A stretch of 23,206 bases of DNA from contig JBIIGV010000042.1 in the NCBI GenBank assembly GCA_044236265.1, positions 1 to 23,206 on the forward strand, read 5' to 3'. A program made the position numbers and the translations under genes. The notes under the pieces were generated by a model. The model worked only from the letters and a program-made list of their open reading frames with translations, was not told the DNA's origin and made no database searches. Positions within the stretch are counted from its first letter, which is position 1. The number at the start of each line of letters is the position of its first letter. This DNA is from Oligoflexales bacterium. GTDB lineage: Bacteria; Bdellovibrionota_B; Oligoflexia; Oligoflexales; RGVZ01. This document shows positions 7,498-16,683 of this stretch, one piece after another.

Positions 7498-10400
7498 ATG
7501 AAGTCAGTCCGTCCTGATGTCAATCTGCCAACCATGGAGCGCGAGGTGCTCGCCGCATGGCAGTCCCAAGACATTTTTGGAAAGCAGAATGCTAGAAGAA
7601 AAACGGCTCCGGAGTTTGCCTTCTATGACGGCCCTCCGTTTGCAAATGGTTTGCCTCACTACGGACACCTACTCGCCAATACGATTAAAGACATTGTGCC
7701 CCGCTATTGGATCATGCGCGGATTTAACGTGGAACGAAAATTCGGATGGGATTGCCATGGCGTGCCCGTCGAATATGAGATCGAAAAGCGCGATAACTTG
7801 AAGGGCTCAGGTGCCATCAAAGAACTAGGCATTGGGGAGTTTAATGAACGCTGCCGTGCATCTGTTCTTCACTATGCTGGTGAATGGCAGAAGACGATCA
7901 CGCGTCTTGGCCGATGGGTTGATTGGAATAATCAATATAGAACCATGGACAAATCATTCATGGAGTCAGTTTGGTGGGTTTTCGGTGAGCTCTATAAGCG
8001 TGGCCTTGTTTACCGAAGTCATAAGGTCGTTCCCTACTCGCCAAGGCTGACAGCAGTTCTTTCAAATTTTGAAGCCAATCAAAATTACAAGATGACGCAA
8101 GACCCATCAGTGTATGTTCGATTCAAATTAAAAAATGAGGACGCATACTTTCTGGCCTGGACAACGACTCCTTGGACTTTGATATCCAACCTCGCGCTCG
8201 CGGTTGGCCCAGAAATCGACTACGTGAAGGTGAAAAACAATTTAGATCAATCAACCTATTGGCTAGCAGAAGCCCGCCTGGATGCAGTTTTCAAGAAGTC
8301 AAAGTCTGGAGAGTCTCCGGTAACTATTCTTGAGAAAGTAAAAGGTACAGCTTTGCGTGGCAAAGTGTACGAGCCACTCTTCCCATACTTTGAAGGACAC
8401 AAAAATTCTTTTCAGATTTTGGTCGATAACTATGTGACCACTACAGACGGGACTGGAATTGTTCATCAAGCACCAGCTTACGGTGAAGATGACTTTAGAG
8501 TATGCCGTGAGGCTGGCATTGATTTCGTGGATCCGATTGATGACGAGGGTCGCTTCAAATCCGTCGTTTCTGAATACGCGGGTATGAATTTCAAGGATGC
8601 CGATAAGGAAATATCGAAGCGTCTGAAAACCGAGGGGAAGCTCATTCGTCAAGAGACGATTGATCATAGTTATCCATTTTGTGATCGCACGGATACCCCG
8701 CTGATGTATCGAGCCATCCCGGCTTGGTATGTGGCCGTTGAAAAAATCGTTCCTAAACTTGTTGCCAATAACCAAAAAATAAACTGGGTTCCTGGCCATC
8801 TAAAAGACGGACGCATGGGCAATTGGCTTGAGAATGCGCGTGACTGGGCTATCAGCCGTAACCGGTTCTGGGGAACGCCATTGCCAATCTGGGTTTGTGA
8901 CAAGAATGAAGACCACATAGAGGTGTTTGGCGACGTCGCAAGTCTTGAAAAGAAATCCGGTCGACAGCTTGCCGATATTCACAAGCACTTTGTTGACGAC
9001 ATCGCCTTCAAGTGCTCTCATTGCGAAGGATCCATGAAGCGGGTGAGTGAGGTTTTCGATTGCTGGTTTGAATCTGGTAGTATGCCTTATGCACAGCTGC
9101 ATTACCCGTTTGAAAATAAAGATCGCCTTGAAAAAATATTTCCAGCTGATTTCATCGCTGAAGGCCTGGACCAAACAAGGGGCTGGTTTTATACACTTTC
9201 GGTTCTTTCCACGGCTCTTTTTGACCGACCAGCATTTAAAAACGTCGTAGTTAACGGCATCATCTGTGATGAGACCGGAAAGAAAATGTCAAAGCGGCAC
9301 AGAAACTATACTCCTCCCGGTGAGCTGCTTGAAAAATATGGTGCCGACGCCACCAGACTTTACATGGTTAACTCGCCAATTTTGCGCGGAGAGGACCTTG
9401 TGTTTGCCGATAAAGGCGTGATCGAGACGATACGCGCCGTCATTCTTCCGTTGTGGAACGCTCAAAGCTTTCTGACAACTTATGCTGAAGCGGATGGCTG
9501 GATACCTTCCAAAGACTTAGCCTCCGGAAAAAGGCCAACCACCACGATCGAGATGGATCGTTGGATCATCAGTCGTCTGCATACGATGATTGAGGGCGTT
9601 CATCGTCATATGGAAAGCTATCACCTCTACGCCGTTGTCCCAGTCATACTTGGATTTATCGATGAGCTGACGAACTGGTACATCAGGCTCAATCGGCGTC
9701 GGTTTTGGGGGAAATCAAGTGAGGCGACATCGGGATTAGATGCAGATCAGAAGTCGGCATATGAGACCCTTTATTACGTTCTCCTGGAGTTTACAAAAGT
9801 ATTTGCTCCGTTTGCTCCATTTGTTTCCGACAGAGTTTACCGCAATCTTACGGAACAGGTTGCGGGGGTCGCTGAGTCCGTACATTTGACAGATATGCCT
9901 ATGACCGATCAAAAAGCTATCGACAGGGGCCTTGAGGAAAATATGGACTTGGTGCGACGAGCGACCGAGCTTGGGCGCTCTCTACGAGCCAAGCATCAGA
10001 TCAAGACGAGACAGCCGCTTACGTCTTTACTTGTGATTACCAGAAACGAAAAAGACAAGGCAGCCATCGATCGTGGGCAGCACATTATCAAAGACGAACT
10101 TAATGTGAAGCAGATCGAATTTTCTGCCGATGAAGCGAAGTTTGTTCGCTTAGGCGTAAAGCCCAATTTGAAGACGCTTGGAAAGAAACTCGGCAGCTCT
10201 CTGGGCTCGGTTAGATCAGAGTTTGAAAAATTATCACAAGATCCCACTAAAGTTTCCCAGATGCTCGCATCGGCGGAAGCCGGAGGGAAAGTCCTCATTG
10301 CAGGTCACGAGCTTCTTCTCGAAGATTTACTGATTGAGCGTGGACCAAAAGACGATCGCCTCATTGCTACAGAGTCTGGCGTTACCGTTTTGCTTGATAC

Positions 10401-10680
10401 CAAGGTTACGGAAGATCTCTTGCTCGAGGGCTATGCAAGAGAGATTGTCAGCCGAATTCAAAATCTTCGCAAAGAGGCAGGACTCCAGGTTGCAGACCGA
10501 ATCCATCTTAAGATCACCTGTGAAGGAGATCTGAAAAAGGCGGCCTCGATTCACAAAGACTACATTATGGCTGAGACCTTGGGCTTAACACAGGAGTTTG
10601 TTCAAAGTGTGACGGTGTCCCATAAAGTCGACTCTGATATTGACGGCGCTACGATTGCCATCGGTTTGGTCAAGGCCTGA
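7498..10680 (+). CDS. ileS: Isoleucine--tRNA ligase, type 2 (IleRS2)
   Basis: FYDGPPFANGLPHYGH, GWDCHG, WTTTPWTL, GTGIVH, DWAISRNRFWGTP, DCWFESGSMPYAQ, EGLDQTRGWF, KMSKR; IleRS2-type tail (EGYAREIVSRIQNLRKEAGL) with no terminal Zn finger. GAGGT RBS 7 nt before ATG 7498. Confidence 0.97.
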   Translation: MKSVRPDVNLPTMEREVLAAWQSQDIFGKQNARRKTAPEFAFYDGPPFANGLPHYGHLLANTIKDIVPRYWIMRGFNVERKFGWDCHGVPVEYEIEKRDNLKGSGAIKELGIGEFNERCRASVLHYAGEWQKTITRLGRWVDWNNQYRTMDKSFMESVWWVFGELYKRGLVYRSHKVVPYSPRLTAVLSNFEANQNYKMTQDPSVYVRFKLKNEDAYFLAWTTTPWTLISNLALAVGPEIDYVKVKNNLDQSTYWLAEARLDAVFKKSKSGESPVTILEKVKGTALRGKVYEPLFPYFEGHKNSFQILVDNYVTTTDGTGIVHQAPAYGEDDFRVCREAGIDFVDPIDDEGRFKSVVSEYAGMNFKDADKEISKRLKTEGKLIRQETIDHSYPFCDRTDTPLMYRAIPAWYVAVEKIVPKLVANNQKINWVPGHLKDGRMGNWLENARDWAISRNRFWGTPLPIWVCDKNEDHIEVFGDVASLEKKSGRQLADIHKHFVDDIAFKCSHCEGSMKRVSEVFDCWFESGSMPYAQLHYPFENKDRLEKIFPADFIAEGLDQTRGWFYTLSVLSTALFDRPAFKNVVVNGIICDETGKKMSKRHRNYTPPGELLEKYGADATRLYMVNSPILRGEDLVFADKGVIETIRAVILPLWNAQSFLTTYAEADGWIPSKDLASGKRPTTTIEMDRWIISRLHTMIEGVHRHMESYHLYAVVPVILGFIDELTNWYIRLNRRRFWGKSSEATSGLDADQKSAYETLYYVLLEFTKVFAPFAPFVSDRVYRNLTEQVAGVAESVHLTDMPMTDQKAIDRGLEENMDLVRRATELGRSLRAKHQIKTRQPLTSLLVITRNEKDKAAIDRGQHIIKDELNVKQIEFSADEAKFVRLGVKPNLKTLGKKLGSSLGSVRSEFEKLSQDPTKVSQMLASAEAGGKVLIAGHELLLEDLLIERGPKDDRLIATESGVTVLLDTKVTEDLLLEGYAREIVSRIQNLRKEAGLQVADRIHLKITCEGDLKKAASIHKDYIMAETLGLTQEFVQSVTVSHKVDSDIDGATIAIGLVKA

Positions 10681-11720
10681 TGCAGAAGATTTTTTGGATG
10701 GTGTTTGTTCTTGGTTTGCTACCATCCTGCTACGTCACCAAGCAGACTTATAAGCAGGTAGGGCTATTTATGTCCCGAGAGCCTGTGGAAGAGGTTCTCG
10801 ATAGGAAAGACTTGGTCTCCGGTGAAAAAAGTAAACTTATTTTCTCAAAAGAGGTTATCGCGTTTGCTAGAAGTGAGGGTTTGAAAGTTGGCTCGGCTTA
10901 CGAGTCATACATCAAGCTGCCCGGCAAGGCTGTCTCTTATACGGTACAGGCAGCACGCCCCACTGAGATGAAGCTAAAGCAGTGGTGGTTTCCCTTCGTA
11001 GGACGTGTTCCCTATATTGGATTTTTTGATGAGTCAGATCGCGCCAAGGAATCTGAGCAACTCAAAAAAGAGGGGTACGAGGTTTACGAAGGATCTGCCA
11101 CGGCATTTTCCAGTCTGGGATGGTTTTCTGATCCCATTTATTCTTCTATGCTCAGGCGTTCAGATGTTGAGTTGGCCCATCTTTATTTTCACGAGCTGAC
11201 GCACCGTACAATCTGGATTAATGGTGGCGTGGAATTCAACGAAAATCTAGCCGAGTTCGTCGCAGATGTATTGACGACAAAATTTTTTAAATCGAAATCC
11301 CGTGAACCTGAGTTGGTAGTATTTGATCAGGCTAATGATGACTACCTCCTTTTTCGTCAGTGGCTTCAAACCTTAAGGGCAGAATTGCAAAAGTATTTGG
11401 ACGCCAGTACGAAGGCACCCGAAGCAGATAGAATCGCGCGTAAGACGAAAGTTATAGCTTTGGCCGTATCTCAAAAACCTCCCTTTAAGCGAGTCGATTT
11501 CGTGGGATCTGCGCCCTGGAATAATGCAAGGATTTTGGCAGCTGGTCTGTATGCGCCGGATACCGCAAAATTTCGCACGGCCTGGCAATGCTACTTGTCC
11601 AGAATCGAGCAAGCAAATATTGGCGGATTCCTAAAGGAGCTTCAGGTAACTGCCGACAAAACTGATAATGGATTTAGGGCTTTAGACGCGTTGTGCGAGC
11701 AGCGCAAGCAGGGTGCATAA
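10680..11720 (+). CDS. Putative zinc aminopeptidase lipoprotein (PF10023-like)
   Basis: Lipobox LPSC, WWFPFVGRVPYIGFF, AFSSLGWFSDP, FHELTH (HExxH) and downstream FNENLAEFV. TGATG overlap with ileS. Confidence 0.85.
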   Translation: MQKIFWMVFVLGLLPSCYVTKQTYKQVGLFMSREPVEEVLDRKDLVSGEKSKLIFSKEVIAFARSEGLKVGSAYESYIKLPGKAVSYTVQAARPTEMKLKQWWFPFVGRVPYIGFFDESDRAKESEQLKKEGYEVYEGSATAFSSLGWFSDPIYSSMLRRSDVELAHLYFHELTHRTIWINGGVEFNENLAEFVADVLTTKFFKSKSREPELVVFDQANDDYLLFRQWLQTLRAELQKYLDASTKAPEADRIARKTKVIALAVSQKPPFKRVDFVGSAPWNNARILAAGLYAPDTAKFRTAWQCYLSRIEQANIGGFLKELQVTADKTDNGFRALDALCEQRKQGA

Positions 11721-11726
11721 TAGCCA

Positions 11727-13127
11727 ATGACTGAAGGAAAACAATCATCTCTGCCGCAAGAGTTTGAGCTTTGGCTTTCGTCAAAGAACTACAAAGCCAT
11801 GCGCCCTGTTTTAAAATCTGCTGAGCCTGCCGACATCGGCGAGCGTCTCGCAGAACTTCCTATTGCGGAACTGGTCGTTATTTTTCGCTTGATACCGAGA
11901 GTGCGGCGTGCACAGGTTTTCGCATATGTGCCGTTTGAGCGTCAGGAAGAATTGCTTGAAGCTTTACCCGAAGCGGTTGTTTCGACTCTACTTAACGACA
12001 TGGAGCCTGACGATCGTACGCGGCTTCTCGAAGATTTGCCTTTTGAAATTCGCTCACAAATTCTTTTAAAGCTTTCTCCCGAAGAACGGAGCATGGCTTG
12101 GCAGCTCTTAAGCTACGCAGAAGACTCCGTTGGTCGTTTGATGAACCCGGAGTTTATTGCTGTTCGTGGCGAGTTAAAGGTCTCTGAGGCGCTAGAATTT
12201 ATTCGCTGGACTGTTCGTGATTCTGAGGAGTTGCACAGTTTTCTTTTCGTCATTGACCCAGATGGCAAATACAAGGGCGAGGTGAGTCTGGCGAGTCTTA
12301 TTCTTGCAGATCCTCCTACTTTGACTCTTGAACAGATTATGGATACAGCGACGGTGGCCTTGTCAGTTACAGATGACAAGGGTGCAGCCGTAGATTTTTT
12401 CAGAAAATACGACAAAGCATTTAGCCCGGTAGTGGATGCTGACGGTGTGCTAGTGGGTGTTTTGACAGCTGATGACGTATTTGACATCGCTGAAGACGAG
12501 GCGACAGAAGACATCCAGCAGTTCGGTGGTACAGCGATACTTGAGGACAGCTATTTTGAGACTCCAATGCATGTCCTGCTGCGCAAAAGGGCTGGTTGGC
12601 TCTGTGTCCTTTTTGTTAGCGCTTTCTTTACGCAAACTGCAATGAAGTATTATGACCAGGCGATCCAAGAATTACGGTTTCTGATCTATTTTGTTCCATT
12701 AGTTGTTAGTTCTGGTGGTAACTCTGGAAGTCAAACCTAGTCGCTCGTCATTCGCGGCCTTGCCTTGCGGGAAATGGAGCTGAAAGACTGGTGGCGCGTT
12801 TTTGGCCGGGAAATTGTGATGGGATTAGTCTTAGGTTTAATTCTTGGTTCAATTGGCTTTGCGCGAGCCATTATCTGGGATAGGGACCTGACGGTGGCTA
12901 TTATTGTTGGTCTGGCTCTTGTGGGCGTAGTTTTGTTTGGATCAGTCGTTGGAGCTCTGATGCCATTTGCTATCAAACGTATGAAGATGGATCCTGCTGT
13001 GAGCTCTTCACCATTCATCGCCTCAGTTGTGGACGTCGCGGGGATTGCCATTTACTTTAGTACAGCCATTTGGGTCATGCACTATGTAGCTCCCTTAATC
13101 GGTCTTGATGTTCCAAGCGGAAAATAG
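11727..13127 (+). pseudogene. mgtE: Magnesium transporter MgtE interrupted by one in-frame TAG (12738-12740); pseudogene status unresolved
   Basis: N domain (MEPDDRT), CBS pair (EDSVGRLMNPEF, GVLTADD), RKRAGWL, GGNSGSQT*SLVIRGLA, DPAVSSSPFIASVVDVAG. ORFs 11727..12740 and 12765..13127 share a frame and are joined by conserved codons. Confidence 0.85.
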
Positions 13128-13129
13128 CC

Positions 13130-13846
13130 ATGTGGATTGATGATCAAATTCTTCGGCGGCACGAGAATAGAATTCATTCGGAGATTTTTATTCCCGAGGA
13201 AACAATGGTTGTTTTAGGTAGTGGCAATGAACCTCAGACGGAAGTTAATTTAGAGGCATGTTCAGAACGCAATATCCAGGTGCTACGTCGGTATGGTGGT
13301 GGTGGTACTGTTGTGCTTTACCCCGGCTGTGTTGTGGTGAGTGCGGGCTGTTGGGTCAAAGACCCATTTAAAAATAATTTTTACTTTAAGCTATTAAACG
13401 ATGCAGTAAAAGACGCGCTTGCTGCAAAGTGGACATCAATGTCTGGGCTTTCTCAAGCAGGGATTTCAGACATTGTGATGGGTGAAAAAAAGGTCGCTGG
13501 AACCTCGATGTTTCGAAGTCGCAACTATCTTCTCTATCAGGCAAGCATTTTAGTTGGTCTAGACAGAGCCTTGGTTAACTCAGTTTTGCGACATCCTACT
13601 AAAGAACCAGATTACCGTAAGGGTCGATCTCACGCTGATTTTCTGACGTCACTAATGGAAATCGAGCAAGCGATCAAATCAGCTGCGCTGGTTAAAGATG
13701 CGCTGGAAAATCATCTTGAAGAAAATTTGTTAAAGCATCTGGCAGATCAACTGATTGATCCCGTTATGAGCCAGATGCCAGCTCTTCAGGCTAGACTTGC
13801 CCGCGCTGAAGAGGAGTCTCAAACAACAGTTTCAAAGTCCTTGTGA
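13130..13846 (+). CDS. Lipoate-protein ligase family protein (BPL/LplA/LipB catalytic domain only)
   Basis: VLRRYGGGGTVV, SDIVMGEKKVAGTS, EPDYRKGRSHADFL; 238 aa with no LplA C-terminal domain. Confidence 0.85.
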   Translation: MWIDDQILRRHENRIHSEIFIPEETMVVLGSGNEPQTEVNLEACSERNIQVLRRYGGGGTVVLYPGCVVVSAGCWVKDPFKNNFYFKLLNDAVKDALAAKWTSMSGLSQAGISDIVMGEKKVAGTSMFRSRNYLLYQASILVGLDRALVNSVLRHPTKEPDYRKGRSHADFLTSLMEIEQAIKSAALVKDALENHLEENLLKHLADQLIDPVMSQMPALQARLARAEEESQTTVSKSL

Positions 13847-14694
13847 CCTTCTGGAACAGTCTGCAAGTGATACATCGCAGCTGTGAACGGTAGCATTACA
13901 ATCAGGCCTAATGTTTGCCAGGTGACATTCAAAAAATTGGAGAGTAGGTGGCTAGCATTAATCGTTTGCCCAAATATCTCGATGTCCTTTGCAAAAAATC
14001 CGGCTGGTATTTGCATGAGAAGATCTATCTGAGGCAGCTGATCAATTAAAAACCCAATGCCAAGTAAGATAGTTAGAAAAAAACCTGCGACGGTGAGAAT
14101 GTTCATGAACGCTGGAACTTTTCCTCCTACCCGTGCAGGCGTCGTATAGTTCAGAAAGATCGTATCAATAGTGGTGCGAATGCCGCCTTTTGTGCCAGTG
14201 ACTAGTGTTACTGGAAGCATCACAAGCATCGAAAGAGTGATGACGGCTACAAATGGAATAATTGACGTGACAGGTATTACAAGTGAAAGAACCAATAACG
14301 CACCAAGGCCTTTACGGAAAAGCACGATGAGAGACCTAAGAGCTACGGAGGAAAGTGGCTCAGGTCTACTTTCAAAATAATCCACAGAGGTTCGAGCCAG
14401 CATAAGTATGCCCCAAGCTTTAATGACGCCAAGGATTACGTTGGGCAAAGCTAGAGTGGAGAGACCTCGTGAAACGAGGTGCTCAAGTAGCTCTAGCGGT
14501 GTTTTTCCAGGCGTCTCTGCAAGGGCAGAGACCGCAGTTGAGGCGGTCACTTGCCATGCCACAAGATCAAGGATGTCGGGCAAAAAGACGAAAAATAGGG
14601 CTATTAAAAACAGATCTTTACGTCTATTTGCGAGTGCTTCCTTACCGTAGCTCAAAATATCTGAAAGCTGGACTCTTTGAAGCTTGGTGGACAA
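13819..14694 (-). CDS. Hypothetical integral membrane protein (about 6-7 TM)
   Basis: Several long hydrophobic segments. AGGAG 7 nt before TTG 14694 suggests this start (alternative ATG 14709). 3' end overlaps the lipoate ligase gene by 28 nt. Confidence 0.75.
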   Translation of the reverse strand: MSTKLQRVQLSDILSYGKEALANRRKDLFLIALFFVFLPDILDLVAWQVTASTAVSALAETPGKTPLELLEHLVSRGLSTLALPNVILGVIKAWGILMLARTSVDYFESRPEPLSSVALRSLIVLFRKGLGALLVLSLVIPVTSIIPFVAVITLSMLVMLPVTLVTGTKGGIRTTIDTIFLNYTTPARVGGKVPAFMNILTVAGFFLTILLGIGFLIDQLPQIDLLMQIPAGFFAKDIEIFGQTINASHLLSNFLNVTWQTLGLIVMLPFTAAMYHLQTVPEGHKDFETVV

Positions 14695-14735
14695 AAGAAT
14701 GCTCCTCATCTATAAGGCGGGTGTTACGAGGGATT

Positions 14736-15383
14736 ATGAGCGACACGTTAATCATTACAGAGATATACGCCTCTATTCAAGGTGAGTCTAGCTATGCTGG
14801 TCTTCCTTGCACCTTTGTGCGCCTGACGGGTTGTCCATTAAGATGCCGTTGGTGCGACACAACCTATGGATTTTATGGGGGCACTGAGACGTCCCTTTCC
14901 GACATTTTATCCTCTGTAAAAAAACTTGGTGTCTCACTTGTGGAGCTAACTGGTGGTGAGCCTCTTGCCCAAAAAAATTGCCCAACCTTGGCTAAAGCGC
15001 TCATTGACCAAGGCCATAAGGTCTTAATTGAGACTGGTGGATCTGAGGACGTGAGCTCCCTTGATCCAAACGTTCACATCATCATGGATATCAAGTGTCC
15101 CGGAAGCCAGATGCACGAGAAAAATCGCTGGGAAAACTTAAATCACCTGAAGCCCACTGATGAAATTAAAATGGTCCTGGCTGATCGCGCTGATTTTGAG
15201 TGGGCCATGATAAAAATAAAAGAGCATCGTCTGACTGAACGCTTTAAGGTTCTTTTAAGCCCTGCCTTTGGACTTCTGAAGCCGAAGGATCTGGCGGAAT
15301 GGATTGTGGCGGAAAAATTAGACGTGAGACTTAATCTGCAGCAGCATAAGTACATCTGGCACCCAAGGGCCAAGGGTGTGTGA
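14736..15383 (+). CDS. queE: 7-carboxy-7-deazaguanine synthase (radical SAM)
   Basis: EIYASIQGES, FVRLTGCPLRCRWCDT (CX3CX2C), LTGGEPL, IETGG, RLNLQQHKYIW. GAGGG precedes ATG 14736; the extension to 14469 is not credible. Confidence 0.9.
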   Translation: MSDTLIITEIYASIQGESSYAGLPCTFVRLTGCPLRCRWCDTTYGFYGGTETSLSDILSSVKKLGVSLVELTGGEPLAQKNCPTLAKALIDQGHKVLIETGGSEDVSSLDPNVHIIMDIKCPGSQMHEKNRWENLNHLKPTDEIKMVLADRADFEWAMIKIKEHRLTERFKVLLSPAFGLLKPKDLAEWIVAEKLDVRLNLQQHKYIWHPRAKGV

Positions 15384-16618
15384 TGACACTGAACCAAGAT
15401 TTTTTAGAAAGACTTAAAATCGTGGAGTGCCACGATAGCACTTACCGCCCAGAAAAAAGCCCGCTTGTTTTTTCAAAAGCTAAAGGCTCTCTTATCTGGG
15501 ATGTCGACGGCAAGGAGTACATCGATCTCTGTGCAGGATTTGGAGCCCTTGCTTTGGGGCATGCAAGTGAAGCACTGCTTGAGGTGACTAAAGGGTTTTC
15601 AGCAGACCGTCCGATGGTGGAGCATGCCATGGGAGATGTCTATCCATCCGAAGAAAAAATTCTTTTCCTAGAAACCTTGAAGTCCCTTCTTCCTTCTAAA
15701 TATGAAATCGGTGCGTTAGCTCTTGGCGGTGGACAAGCTGTGGAAATCGCGCTCAAGACGGCCATGCTTTACACAAAAAAATCTGGATTCATCGTTTTCG
15801 ATGACGCTTACCATGGCCTTGATCTCGGCGTTTTACCATTAACAGCAAGAGAAGACTTTAGCGGGCCCTTTAAAAATTGGCTTATCGACGGACACGTTGA
15901 AAGACTTCCTTACGGCGCGGAGAAAGACCAGGTTCTTTCTGCCATAAAAAAACTAAGCCACTGTGGTCTTGCGGCCATCGTCGCAGAACCCATCCAAGGT
16001 AGGGCTGGCGTAAGGCCGCCGCCAAAGGGTTGGCTTTCCATGCTGGCAGATGTTGCTCACGGTGTTGGCGGCCTTTTAATTTTAGATGAAGTATTTACTG
16101 GGTTTGGCCGCCTCGGCAAAATATCAACAGCCGAAGATGTGGATGCAGATATTTCAGCGTTCGGAAAAGCCATCGGCGGTGGTTTTCCCATGTCAGCCTG
16201 CTTTGCCAAAAAGAATATCATGGCAGCTTGGCCCGAGAGCTCCGGTGAAGCGATTCACACAGGAACTTTTTTTGGTCATCCATTTTCTGCAGCCGTCGGC
16301 CGAAGAACGTTAATTCAAATTAAAAATCAAAATCTAATGGCGAGATCTTTAGATCTCGGTGAAAAGGCGAAAGGATGGCTTTGTGCTGCCATCGGACATC
16401 ATCCATTGGTGAAAGACATCAGAGGCCAAGGCCTCATGATTGGAGTTGAGTTTTCAACGCCAGGGCTTGCCGCAAAACTCATGGATGATCTTCGTGAAAA
16501 AGGAGTCATCGCCTTACCGTCAGGAAGCACAGGCGCAACGCTTTCCATTACGCCTGCACTGAACATTCCAGAATATCTTATGAAGTCTGCAATTGAAGTT
16601 TTAGCTAAAGTTTTGTGA
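15383..16618 (+). CDS. Class-III PLP-dependent aminotransferase, substrate unknown
   Basis: AKGSLIWDVDGKEYIDL, AYHG, EPIQGRAG, LILDEVFTGFGRLG, FGKAIGGGFP (PLP Lys), HTGTFFGHP. TGATG overlap with queE. Confidence 0.92.
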   Translation: MTLNQDFLERLKIVECHDSTYRPEKSPLVFSKAKGSLIWDVDGKEYIDLCAGFGALALGHASEALLEVTKGFSADRPMVEHAMGDVYPSEEKILFLETLKSLLPSKYEIGALALGGGQAVEIALKTAMLYTKKSGFIVFDDAYHGLDLGVLPLTAREDFSGPFKNWLIDGHVERLPYGAEKDQVLSAIKKLSHCGLAAIVAEPIQGRAGVRPPPKGWLSMLADVAHGVGGLLILDEVFTGFGRLGKISTAEDVDADISAFGKAIGGGFPMSACFAKKNIMAAWPESSGEAIHTGTFFGHPFSAAVGRRTLIQIKNQNLMARSLDLGEKAKGWLCAAIGHHPLVKDIRGQGLMIGVEFSTPGLAAKLMDDLREKGVIALPSGSTGATLSITPALNIPEYLMKSAIEVLAKVL

Positions 16619-16683
16619 CGCTAAAGAGTCGATGAGTAGGCTCGCTATTACGGCCAAAAAATCAAAAACACGGCAGCGAAACG

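Noticed and set aside
11727..13127. Genome-wide TAG reassignment
   Set aside because: No other gene, including the long ileS and valS, has an internal TAG, and mgtE itself ends on TAG at the family-typical position.
14469..14735. 89-aa N-terminal extension of QueE
   Set aside because: Overlaps the antisense membrane gene, has no QueE similarity, and ATG 14736 has an RBS.
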